From: a virus
Taxonomy: Duplodnaviria > Heunggongvirae > Uroviricota > Caudoviricetes
Length of the DNA stretch: 64,000 bases
Strand: one strand, 5' to 3'
IMG/VR virus record: IMGVR_UViG_3300025292_000002
Coordinates: 33,568 to 97,567 of that record
In this document: piece by piece, positions 17,687 to 25,898 of the stretch
Position numbering within the stretch: the first letter of the stretch is position 1
Layout: every line of letters begins with the position of its first letter
Made by a program: the position numbers and the translations under genes
The notes under the pieces: model-generated
Told to the model about the DNA's origin: nothing
The model's input: the letters and a program-made list of their open reading frames with translations, nothing else
Databases searched by the model: none

Positions 17687-18658
17687 TTAAAATTCCTCCA
17701 CGATAGTAAATTTGAAATCATTGTCTGTTAAATGTGTTACTTGGTTCTTCTGGTAGCCATTTCCTTTTACCGAGAAGAAATCATGTGTTTTCGTGTCAAC
17801 GTTTAAACCATTGAGAACGATAGCATTAATTTTTTCATGCTCGAATTTTTCTTCGAGACCAAGGTTGATTAAAGCTTTGTTTGCATTATAATATACAAAT
17901 TGTTTAACGTCATGGCTTAATCCTTCTTCAGCATAAATTTCTGAAGTATAAGCTAATTCGTTTTCCATCAAATCATCTAAAAGCTCATAAGCTTTTTGTT
18001 CGGCTTCTTTTTGTTCCTCAAGCGTAAATTCTTCAAACAGCTCTTGAGCTAATAATCCAACATACACGCCATGGATACTTTCATCACGAATAATCAATGC
18101 AATGATTTCACCTGAAGCAACCATTTTTCCTTGACCAGCTAAATACAACGGATAGAAGAAACCGCTATAGAATAAGAAGCTTTCTAAGAATACTGAAGCT
18201 ACCATTGCATGATAAAGGTCTTTTTTCGTTTTGACGTTGCTGTAAATTTCAACAATACGTCGTGCTTTGTATTGTAAGAATTTATTGCTTTCAACCCAGT
18301 CAAACACATCATCAATTTCAGCTTTTTCTAACAGGGTTGTAAAGATGTTACTATAACTTTCAGCATGAACGCCTTCCATCATACCCATGAAGCGCAATAG
18401 CGTTTTACGTTGTAAACCTTGTACAAAATCGGCAATTGTTGGCATACCTTCATTACCTTGCTCCGTATCAAGCAATGTCAATCCGCCAAGAACTCGTTTA
18501 TATATTTTTTGCTGGCTAGGAGTTAACAGCTTCCAGGATGCAATATCCTTGGAAACTGGTATCTCTTCAGCAAACCATAATTGACGCTTGTTTTGTTTGT
18601 AATACATTTGTGTGAATGAATCTTCTTCTCTATTCCAGTTAACAGCTTTTCTAATCAT
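17687..18658 (-). CDS. nrdF: ribonucleotide reductase class Ib beta subunit
   Basis: ferritin-like R2 fold with conserved E and H ligands; 323 aa. Confidence 0.85.
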   Translation of the reverse strand: MIRKAVNWNREEDSFTQMYYKQNKRQLWFAEEIPVSKDIASWKLLTPSQQKIYKRVLGGLTLLDTEQGNEGMPTIADFVQGLQRKTLLRFMGMMEGVHAESYSNIFTTLLEKAEIDDVFDWVESNKFLQYKARRIVEIYSNVKTKKDLYHAMVASVFLESFLFYSGFFYPLYLAGQGKMVASGEIIALIIRDESIHGVYVGLLAQELFEEFTLEEQKEAEQKAYELLDDLMENELAYTSEIYAEEGLSHDVKQFVYYNANKALINLGLEEKFEHEKINAIVLNGLNVDTKTHDFFSVKGNGYQKNQVTHLTDNDFKFTIVEEF

Positions 18659-18676
18659 ATATGGTTTCCTCCTAAA

Positions 18677-20773
18677 TTAAACTGCACAGCTTTCACATTC
18701 AGCAACTGTCAATAGCTTAGTACGTGTGTAGTACAAGCTTTTCAGTCCACGTTTGTGAGCATAGATGTAATATCGAGCGATTTCGCTTGTTGTTTCATTA
18801 CTCTTTACAAATAGCGTACATGAAATTCCTTGGTCGACGTGACGCTGAATCGTAGCAATCATGTCAATCATTTTGAACATATCAATGTCATAAGCTGATT
18901 TGTAGTAGTAATAATTCATTGGCGATAAGTATGGCATTGGATAAATTGTTGTGCTATCGCCATAAGTACGAACTTCGATTGGCTCAACAATTGGTAATAC
19001 AGATGCTGTAGCGTTTTGAATATAGCTGATTGAACCTGTAGGAGCAATTGCCATACGATAAGCATGTGCGATTCCGTCTTTCATAACTTTTTGCTTCAAT
19101 CGTTTCCAATCTTCAGGAGTTGGAATGTGCATTCCCTCGAATAATTTCTCAACAGTTTTTGTTCTTGGAGCAAACGATTTTGTTACATAATCATCGAAAT
19201 ACACGCCAGAAGCATAATCTGATTTTTCGAAACCTTCAAATACAAAGCTTTCTTCTACAGAAATTTCATGTGATTTTTCTAATGAATAGAAATTCATCAT
19301 CATAAAGAATGTGTTAGCAAAATCACGAGCTTCAAATGATTCATATTCGATGAAGTTTTTAGCTAAGAATCCGTGTAAATTCATTGCTCCCAGACCAACT
19401 GAACGTAAAGCTTTATTTGCATTTGCTACAGTTGGAACTTCGTCAATACTTGTTAATTTAGCTACTGTGTTTAAGCAATCCATTCCAACATGAACAGCTT
19501 CACGAATGCTTTTGTTTTCCATAACATTAACAATGTTCAGTGAACCTAAATTACAGCTAATGTCTTTGCCATATTTGTTTTTCTTCCCATTAGCTTCAAT
19601 CACGATTTCTGATTCTTGCTGTAACTGGAAGATTTCCGAACAAAGGTTAGACATTTTGATTCGTCCGACTTCGCTTAAAGCATGAGCTTTGTTTGCATTA
19701 TCGACGAACATTAAATATGGATAACCTGATTCGCCTTGAATTTGAGCAATTTTAATTAACATCTTACGAGCATCTTTCTTGTCTTTTCGTACTCGAGGAT
19801 TGTTAAGTAATTTTTCGTACCATTCGTCCATATCCATATCAGCTAAATGTACGCCATATTCTTTAAATACTGTGTACGGATAGAATACATAATACGGTTG
19901 GTCATTTTCAGCTAATTCCATGAACTTGCTTGGAATCGTAATTGCAATTGACAACGTTTTTAAACGGATATTGTCGTCAGCATTGATTTTCTTTGAATCA
20001 AGGAAGACATCTACGTCAGGATGGAAAATGTTCAGGTAAGCTGCTAACGAACCATTACGTTGTCCAAGCTGATTAAAGTGATTAACTGTTTTTTCAAGCA
20101 ATGAAGCTACGCCCATTACACCACTTGAAGCTCCTTCAATTTCTTTAATCGTCTCACCATTGGCACGTAATTTAGATAAATCCGTTCCAATACCGCCACC
20201 CATACGTGACAATTGACCGCTTGAGCTGATTGTGTAGAAGATTCCTTCAGTTGTATCATTTGTATCTAAAAGGAAGCATGATACTAATTTACCGCTTCGG
20301 CTTAATCCAGCATTTAAGAAAGTTGGCGTCGCTGGTTGATAATCTTGATTAATCAGTGTTTTACAAATACGTTTAGCTTTTGAGAAATCACCTTTACCTA
20401 AGAATAAAGCATTGATGGCAACTCGGTCCTCATAGCGTTCTAAATAACGTGATTTGTCATTTGTTTTTAAAGCATAGTTTGTGTAGAATTTAAATGCGCT
20501 CATGAAACTTTGGAAACGGAATTTCTTCTCATATGCAATTTTGAACACACGTTTCACTTGCTCAAATTCATATTGTTTGAAAAGCGCTTTATCGTAGAAA
20601 TCTTCTCGAATAAGATAATTAAGCTTCTCTCTCAGTGTGTGGAAAAATTGCGTGTTTTTGTTTACATGATTAATGAAGTAATCACGTACTGCTGCTTTAT
20701 CTTTTGAGATGTCAAAAGCTCCATTTTCGCCCATAACCTCGTTGTTTAATTTAATGTAATCCATAAAAATCAT
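18677..20773 (-). CDS. nrdE: ribonucleotide reductase class Ib alpha subunit
   Basis: 698 aa with conserved catalytic cysteines; order nrdI-nrdE-nrdF. Confidence 0.9.
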   Translation of the reverse strand: MIFMDYIKLNNEVMGENGAFDISKDKAAVRDYFINHVNKNTQFFHTLREKLNYLIREDFYDKALFKQYEFEQVKRVFKIAYEKKFRFQSFMSAFKFYTNYALKTNDKSRYLERYEDRVAINALFLGKGDFSKAKRICKTLINQDYQPATPTFLNAGLSRSGKLVSCFLLDTNDTTEGIFYTISSSGQLSRMGGGIGTDLSKLRANGETIKEIEGASSGVMGVASLLEKTVNHFNQLGQRNGSLAAYLNIFHPDVDVFLDSKKINADDNIRLKTLSIAITIPSKFMELAENDQPYYVFYPYTVFKEYGVHLADMDMDEWYEKLLNNPRVRKDKKDARKMLIKIAQIQGESGYPYLMFVDNANKAHALSEVGRIKMSNLCSEIFQLQQESEIVIEANGKKNKYGKDISCNLGSLNIVNVMENKSIREAVHVGMDCLNTVAKLTSIDEVPTVANANKALRSVGLGAMNLHGFLAKNFIEYESFEARDFANTFFMMMNFYSLEKSHEISVEESFVFEGFEKSDYASGVYFDDYVTKSFAPRTKTVEKLFEGMHIPTPEDWKRLKQKVMKDGIAHAYRMAIAPTGSISYIQNATASVLPIVEPIEVRTYGDSTTIYPMPYLSPMNYYYYKSAYDIDMFKMIDMIATIQRHVDQGISCTLFVKSNETTSEIARYYIYAHKRGLKSLYYTRTKLLTVAECESCAV

Positions 20774-21119
20774 TCAGCACCTTTCTTAATTGTTCGATTT
20801 CGTCTTTCATGCCACTTAATTCATATTGATAAAGTAAAGGCACGTTGTATTTCTCGCTTATCAACTTACCAGATTTAGCAAATTTCATTCCCCAATTTTT
20901 ATTACCACTGGAAATGACAGCAATCATATTCTCATGATGATTTGTTAAGAAATCATTTACCTCATCTGGAATTTCACCAAAGCCATATGTTGGTGTGATT
21001 AAAATATATTTGCCCTTCCCATCATAATTAGTAATATCAATTGAAGGAATGTCCATGCCAAGTTTTTTCAACATACGTTTCGTGTTGTTGGTTCTTGTGT
21101 AGTAAACTAACATTTTCAA
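20751..21119 (-). CDS. nrdI: flavodoxin-like NrdI
   Basis: 122 aa; MLVYYTRTNNTKR N-terminus. Confidence 0.8.
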   Translation of the reverse strand: MKMLVYYTRTNNTKRMLKKLGMDIPSIDITNYDGKGKYILITPTYGFGEIPDEVNDFLTNHHENMIAVISSGNKNWGMKFAKSGKLISEKYNVPLLYQYELSGMKDEIEQLRKVLNDFYGLH

Positions 21120-21150
21120 TTCCTTCTTTCACTGTTTCTCATTACTTAAC

Positions 21151-21180
21151 TATTATATTGAGAAACTAGCGATTGTAAGG
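21151..21180 (-). promoter_or_regulatory. conserved phage promoter module (family copy)
   Basis: tattatattga-N12-tgtaagg. Confidence 0.6.
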
Positions 21181-21181
21181 A

Positions 21182-21619
21182 TTACTTTTTAGCTTTTTTA
21201 GCTTTTTTTCGAGCTAAACGATTTTTCTTTAGCTGTGATAGTTCAATCCAGCCACCGTCAATTTTCGAATATGAAATCAACAACAATTCAATAGGATACT
21301 GCATACAATACAATTTCCTTTTGATTTTAAAATCAGTTGTTTCCATACCTTTTATGTCAATGAGCTTCATTGAACCATCAGCATATACTACAAGGAAATC
21401 CGCCACATAATCATTTTTGCGGTGCTTCATTCCCCAAGGGTCTGTGAAGCTAGGAATGACGTTGAAGGCTGGTTGCAACGCAAACGATACAACCAATCCT
21501 TTGTCCATCAAATCAAGCAAATATTCGTAATAACGAGCTTCTATTTTGCTATCAAACTTCAAATTGTCTACAGAAGTTGCGATAGCACCAAATTTAGATT
21601 TAACCATTAATAACCACAT
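21182..21619 (-). CDS. DUF1064-like protein (putative PD-(D/E)XK-type nuclease or resolvase)
   Basis: FDSKIEARYYEYL...ADFLVVY pattern; basic C-terminal tail. Confidence 0.45.
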   Translation of the reverse strand: MWLLMVKSKFGAIATSVDNLKFDSKIEARYYEYLLDLMDKGLVVSFALQPAFNVIPSFTDPWGMKHRKNDYVADFLVVYADGSMKLIDIKGMETTDFKIKRKLYCMQYPIELLLISYSKIDGGWIELSQLKKNRLARKKAKKAKK

Positions 21620-22164
21620 CTTTCACATTCGCTATTTTCCACGACATAACCAAGCAATCTCATGTGTGCTAATGTTTTATCGTGATTAACAACAAACTCA
21701 TCTACATGCTTATAGAAATCTAAGAAATCTTGAGCATCAGATTCAATACGTCTTTCAATTTCTGCTGCATTTTTTTCACCGTCACGGGCATAAGCTCGTT
21801 CACGTCTTAATGATTCTGAAGCATGAATGTATACTATTTTAACTTTGTCACCAAAGCGTTCTTTCATTTCAAGCGCTCCTGAAGCTTCTAATACAACAAT
21901 AGTGTTTTCATGACCTTCAAAATCTGCAACATTCACACCATAAATCCATTTGCCGAAAGCTGTGTTAAATTCATTTCGTGCTATTAAATCAAGTTCATTG
22001 ATTTCCTTTTCGCTAACGAAATTATAATCAATACCATCGACTTCCCCTTCACGAGGAGGTCGAGTAGTATAATTGACTTGGCGTTTAAATCCTGTCATTT
22101 CTTCCATTTCTTTCGCCATTGTTGTTTTACCGCTTGAAGTTTGACCTGTTAAAACAAATATCAT
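21607..22164 (-). CDS. guanylate-kinase-like nucleoside monophosphate kinase
   Basis: P-loop GQTSSGKTT; TTRPPREGEVDGIDYNFVS signature. Confidence 0.75.
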   Translation of the reverse strand: MIFVLTGQTSSGKTTMAKEMEEMTGFKRQVNYTTRPPREGEVDGIDYNFVSEKEINELDLIARNEFNTAFGKWIYGVNVADFEGHENTIVVLEASGALEMKERFGDKVKIVYIHASESLRRERAYARDGEKNAAEIERRIESDAQDFLDFYKHVDEFVVNHDKTLAHMRLLGYVVENSECERCGY

Positions 22165-22706
22165 TTAGCTACCCCCAGTAATAAATCTTCGTAATCTCTT
22201 AAGTACATCCATTTGTACCCGCCATATTTTTTGTATCGAGGTCTATTTGGGCTACAACATTGTGTAATACCTGCTTTTGCACATTTAGCTGCTTTAGACG
22301 CTGCGCTAACCGTTGGGAATGTTTCCATGTATGTTCCATCTAAAGAAAATTGAACAACAGGAGTAGGATGATTTCTGCCAAGTGGCGTTACTCGTTTCAA
22401 ATAAGCTTTTTTATTGTTTTCAGATTGTGTTACCCATCGTAAATTTTTGTAATGGTTATTCACTCTGTCCTCGTCGATATGGTCAACAACCATTCCTTCA
22501 GGACGTTTTCCATGAAACGCTTCACATACTGCAACATGCACAGCGAAATAAGCTTTTTCATAAGTGAATGCGAAATAATCATTGCTTGAATGGAAGAATT
22601 TTGGCTCTTCCCAAACACCTTCATTACATACTAACGTGTTACCAAAACTGCTAACTTTTACTTTGCCTTCCCAGCCTGCTACGTCTTTCCATACTTCTGT
22701 TTCCAT
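22161..22706 (-). CDS. HNH homing endonuclease (HNH_3 with NUMOD4-like N-terminus)
   Basis: NNHYKNLRWVTQSENN; ETEVWKDVAGWEG. Confidence 0.75.
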   Translation of the reverse strand: METEVWKDVAGWEGKVKVSSFGNTLVCNEGVWEEPKFFHSSNDYFAFTYEKAYFAVHVAVCEAFHGKRPEGMVVDHIDEDRVNNHYKNLRWVTQSENNKKAYLKRVTPLGRNHPTPVVQFSLDGTYMETFPTVSAASKAAKCAKAGITQCCSPNRPRYKKYGGYKWMYLRDYEDLLLGVAK

Positions 22707-22725
22707 TATAATTCCTCCTAGTTAA

Positions 22726-22743
22726 TTGAATATTAATTTTCAA
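22726..22743. repeat. 18-bp palindrome family copy (ttgaatattaattttcaa)
   Basis: 17 of 18. Confidence 0.8.
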
Positions 22744-22754
22744 AAATGTTGTTA

Positions 22755-23408
22755 TTAAAGAATGCTCATTACAATTTGTGACCAGCTTTCTAATCGGTCA
22801 TAAGTTTCTTGCTCTTTTAATTCATCAATCGTTTTCCATGAACCAGCTAATTCTTCTTTTTCACGAACTTCGATTACAGTATCTTCAGACACATCAATCA
22901 TTGCTAACACACCAAGATGAACTTTGCTTACATCTTCAGAATCGTCATTGATTAAACCAAGAACTTTTACATCAACGTCAGGATTGTTTGTGTCGAATTT
23001 TAATTCTTCCGTTAACTCACGATATAAATTAATTGCTAAAGCATCTGAGAAATCGTCACTATCAACCATGTTCATGTGACCACCAACGCCAATTGAAAGC
23101 TTATTATGCAAACGTCCTTCTCCGCCACCGTTTAAGCGTTCGTATACAAACAATTCTTTGCCACGACGAATAACAGCATATGGGATTGGTTGTAAGAAAT
23201 CTAAATTGATTTCAGCATTGTTTTCTTTTGATGTATCATCTTTAGCATTACCTCTACGCATTTCGATAATGTTTGCTGCCATGTTACCAAGAATTACGCC
23301 CGCTTTTTGTAAATCAGTTAATACGCCTTGGAATGTCAAAGTTTCCTTTGCGAATACAGCTTCTCTGTTTGCTACTAAAATGATTTCTTCCCATTTTTTG
23401 TTTGTCAT
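22755..23408 (-). CDS. hypothetical protein (possible Nudix-like REx2EE segment)
   Basis: 217 aa; YRELTEELKF. Confidence 0.5.
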   Translation of the reverse strand: MTNKKWEEIILVANREAVFAKETLTFQGVLTDLQKAGVILGNMAANIIEMRRGNAKDDTSKENNAEINLDFLQPIPYAVIRRGKELFVYERLNGGGEGRLHNKLSIGVGGHMNMVDSDDFSDALAINLYRELTEELKFDTNNPDVDVKVLGLINDDSEDVSKVHLGVLAMIDVSEDTVIEVREKEELAGSWKTIDELKEQETYDRLESWSQIVMSIL

Positions 23409-23513
23409 TTCAATTTCCCCTTTTTCTTTTTTGATTTAGTTGATTGGTAAGCTACCATTGATTCAATGATAGCTCCAATCACATCTAGAATAATTTCAAC
23501 TAAAATCTGCATT

Positions 23514-23909
23514 TTATCGCTGGTCCAAAGCTTTGTATTCACGGAATAAGTTTAACATAACTCCGTCATGTTGAGCCAAAGCTGCGAACAATGAAGCTCT
23601 GTCCATTTGACGAACACGTTTTTCCATTTTCTCAGCAATTTCACGTTTTTGTGCTGCAACTTTTTCACGAGCTTCATGGTCAGATAAATCAACTTTTTGA
23701 ATAACCCATTTCATTTTGCCAACAATTTCTTGTGGAATAACCGTGATATAACCATCAACTTCAGCTAAACTGATACCATTTACCGTGTGTACAACAACCT
23801 GGTCACCTTTACGTAAATCTGGAATGCTAGTTAAGAAGAAATAGCTTCTGTATGGTGTGTCCTGAAATTTTACGCTCACATAATATTTTCTCATTTTAAT
23901 TTCCTCCAA
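23514..23909 (-). CDS. hypothetical protein, paralog of 23934..24272
   Basis: shared pattern Y..V.F.ETPY..YFFLT...L...D.VVV.T..G...A.V.GY.......QKVDL..HE.RE. Confidence 0.55.
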   Translation of the reverse strand: MEEIKMRKYYVSVKFQDTPYRSYFFLTSIPDLRKGDQVVVHTVNGISLAEVDGYITVIPQEIVGKMKWVIQKVDLSDHEAREKVAAQKREIAEKMEKRVRQMDRASLFAALAQHDGVMLNLFREYKALDQR

Positions 23910-23910
23910 T

Positions 23911-23932
23911 TGATTTGATTTGATTTGATTTT
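23911..23932 (-). repeat. (AAATC)4 tract in the 5' UTR
   Basis: tgatttgatttgatttgattt on + strand; sits immediately 5' of the RBS on the minus strand. Confidence 0.7.
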
Positions 23933-23933
23933 T

Positions 23934-24272
23934 TTATAATGTTGATAAAAGTGCTTCAGCTTCAAACAACTGCTCTTTTAGCGTGTCGATTGTTTTTGCT
24001 AACTTTTGACGCTCTTTTTCTTTAAATAGTGATGTGCGCTCACGGTCTTCATGTTGACGTAAATCTACTTTTTGAACAACAAATTTAGCAACGTTGAATC
24101 CTACAGTTTTAATATCAACATATCCCACAACTCGAGCTAAACGGTAACCAATAGCTGTATCAACAACAACTAAATCATTTTCTTTTAGTTTTTTCATGTT
24201 TGTTAAAAACGTATAATATTTATATGGTGTCTCCTCGAATACTACCTGTACGCATTTGATATTTTCATTCAT
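23934..24272 (-). CDS. hypothetical protein, paralog of 23514..23909
   Basis: see paralog. Confidence 0.55.
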   Translation of the reverse strand: MNENIKCVQVVFEETPYKYYTFLTNMKKLKENDLVVVDTAIGYRLARVVGYVDIKTVGFNVAKFVVQKVDLRQHEDRERTSLFKEKERQKLAKTIDTLKEQLFEAEALLSTL

Positions 24273-24295
24273 TTTAATTTCCTCCTAAGTTTTAA

Positions 24296-24448
24296 TTACA
24301 TATTTGCAAAAATTCCGATTAATAAAGAGATTACAACATAAAGCAAGCTTTCGGTTTTTTTATCATCATCTTGTCGTATGGAGCTGACAAAGAATAAAAT
24401 CGCAAACGCTATAGTTACAAATACAACGATGGTTTTAATCAAGCCCAC
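24296..24448 (-). CDS. possible small membrane protein with GTG start (~50 aa)
   Basis: AGGAGAAG RBS 7 nt before GTG; hydrophobic. Confidence 0.3.
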   Translation of the reverse strand: MGLIKTIVVFVTIAFAILFFVSSIRQDDDKKTESLLYVVISLLIGIFANM

Positions 24449-24912
24449 TTGTATTCTTCTCCTTCCTTATAGACATAAACGTTTTTAAATCCTTCTTCAC
24501 GTTGAGGAGCTCTCATTATGCGATTCATATTGTGCATCATTTCTTTCGGCACAGGAACTTCACGTGCTGCATTTCTTAACACACATGTTTCATATGAAGT
24601 TTTCATGTAAATAGCAATGATATCTGCTCCGTATTTTTTACCAACTTCAATGATTGGTAAACGTGAACCTTCATTTAAATGAGTAGCATCTGCAACAACA
24701 GATTCTCCGTTGATTAATGACGCTTCAATGAAATTAACAAACATTTTCTTAGTTAATTTTTGCTCGTTGTTTGTATATCCAAGGCTGAACATTTCATGAA
24801 TAAAATCTCGATTTACATACGCCATATCATTATCTTCAGCAAGTTGTAAACCTTTTGTTGATTTGCCAGACGCTGGAATACCGCACATTAAAATAATTTG
24901 TTTTCGTTTCAT
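24439..24912 (-). CDS. P-loop nucleotide or polynucleotide kinase (AAA_33-like)
   Basis: Walker A GIPASGKST; 157 aa. Confidence 0.6.
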   Translation of the reverse strand: MKRKQIILMCGIPASGKSTKGLQLAEDNDMAYVNRDFIHEMFSLGYTNNEQKLTKKMFVNFIEASLINGESVVADATHLNEGSRLPIIEVGKKYGADIIAIYMKTSYETCVLRNAAREVPVPKEMMHNMNRIMRAPQREEGFKNVYVYKEGEEYKWA

Positions 24913-24950
24913 TTTCTTTCCCCATTTCGTTTTGTTGTTGTTTACATGTC

Positions 24951-24980
24951 TATTGTATTGACGAAATTTGATTTGTAAGA
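24951..24980 (-). promoter_or_regulatory. conserved phage promoter module (family copy)
   Basis: tattgtattga-N12-tgtaaga. Confidence 0.6.
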
Positions 24981-25010
24981 CAGCGAAAGAAAAAAGTTTT
25001 TATTTTGTTT

Positions 25011-25028
25011 TTGAAAATTAATATTCAA
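25011..25028. repeat. 18-bp palindrome family copy (ttgaaaattaatattcaa) between two tandem promoters
   Basis: 17 of 18. Confidence 0.8.
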
Positions 25029-25050
25029 TGTTCGTTTGTCGTTACTTCAT

Positions 25051-25080
25051 TATTATATTGACGTAATTCCAGCTGTAAGG
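25051..25080 (-). promoter_or_regulatory. conserved phage promoter module (family copy)
   Basis: tattatattga-N12-tgtaagg. Confidence 0.6.
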
Positions 25081-25102
25081 AAAGCATAAAAAAACACGAG
25101 CT

Positions 25103-25384
25103 TTAAGCTCGTGCATCAATAGTATTTGCTATATAGTGCATAAATTCTCTAACATTCATTGGTATATTCATGTATCTTAAGAATTTTATTACGGTTTTGT
25201 TTTGATACATTCCGTTGTAATACACTCGTTGTGTTATGTATTTAGCTTGCGTGAAGCTGTACATAAATTTCACTTCTAATATACTACCTCGTCTTTTAAT
25301 GGTTGCAAAATAATAAACATTCTGGGTGCGTTGCTCACGAGTTCCTTCAATTGTTAAATCGCTCATTTGCTTGCCTCCAATCAT
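25103..25384 (-). CDS. hypothetical protein
   Basis: 93-aa ORF. Confidence 0.5.
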   Translation of the reverse strand: MIGGKQMSDLTIEGTREQRTQNVYYFATIKRRGSILEVKFMYSFTQAKYITQRVYYNGMYQNKTVIKFLRYMNIPMNVREFMHYIANTIDARA

Positions 25385-25399
25385 TATTTGATTAATTAA

Positions 25400-25428
25400 A
25401 TCATAACATACGTTGACAGATATATCAA
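25400..25428 (-). promoter_or_regulatory. sigma-A-type promoter (TTGATA-17-TATGAT)
   Basis: minus-strand reading TTGATAtatctgtcaacgtatgtTATGAT. Confidence 0.45.
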
Positions 25429-25440
25429 TATTTTTGTAAA

Positions 25441-25467
25441 TAAAAAACAGAGGAAAAATCCCCTGTT
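25441..25467 (-). terminator. rho-independent terminator
   Basis: hairpin acagggga-ttttt-cctctgt followed by a T run. Confidence 0.55.
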
Positions 25468-25805
25468 TAGATGATGAAATCTTGTAAGCGCTCGTTGAGC
25501 TTTTTGTTTAAAGCAATTTCTGTTTCTGCTTTTTCGATGATTTGTTGTGAACGTTTTAGCTTTTGTTCTTGACTTGCAATCATTCGTTTCAATTCAGCTT
25601 GTTCTTCTGCTTCTTTTAATTTTTGACGCTCAACAAGTTTATTGTATTCTTCAATGTTCTGAAGAACATCTTCACTCATATCTTTAAATTGAGCAAACAC
25701 GCCAGAAATTTCATCACGTAAAAACTCGACTTGTCCATCTCCATCTAAATCAAGAAATCTTTTCTTTCCAAACAATCTCAAGAATAATGCGTATAATTTT
25801 TTCAT
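25467..25805 (-). CDS. hypothetical coiled-coil protein
   Basis: 112-aa ORF with strong RBS. Confidence 0.5.
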   Translation of the reverse strand: MKKLYALFLRLFGKKRFLDLDGDGQVEFLRDEISGVFAQFKDMSEDVLQNIEEYNKLVERQKLKEAEEQAELKRMIASQEQKLKRSQQIIEKAETEIALNKKLNERLQDFII

Positions 25806-25837
25806 TTTAATTCCTCCATTTGTTTGATTTACTATAC

Positions 25838-25867
25838 TATTGTATTGAATTAATCAGATTTGTAAGG
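25838..25867 (-). promoter_or_regulatory. conserved phage promoter module (family copy)
   Basis: tattgtattga-N12-tgtaagg. Confidence 0.6.
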
Positions 25868-25869
25868 TA

Positions 25870-25898
25870 TAAAAAAAAGAAAGCATTAAGCTTTCTTT
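25870..25898 (-). terminator. rho-independent terminator (overlaps dnaE stop)
   Basis: hairpin aagaaagc-ttaat-gctttctt followed by a T run. Confidence 0.6.
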
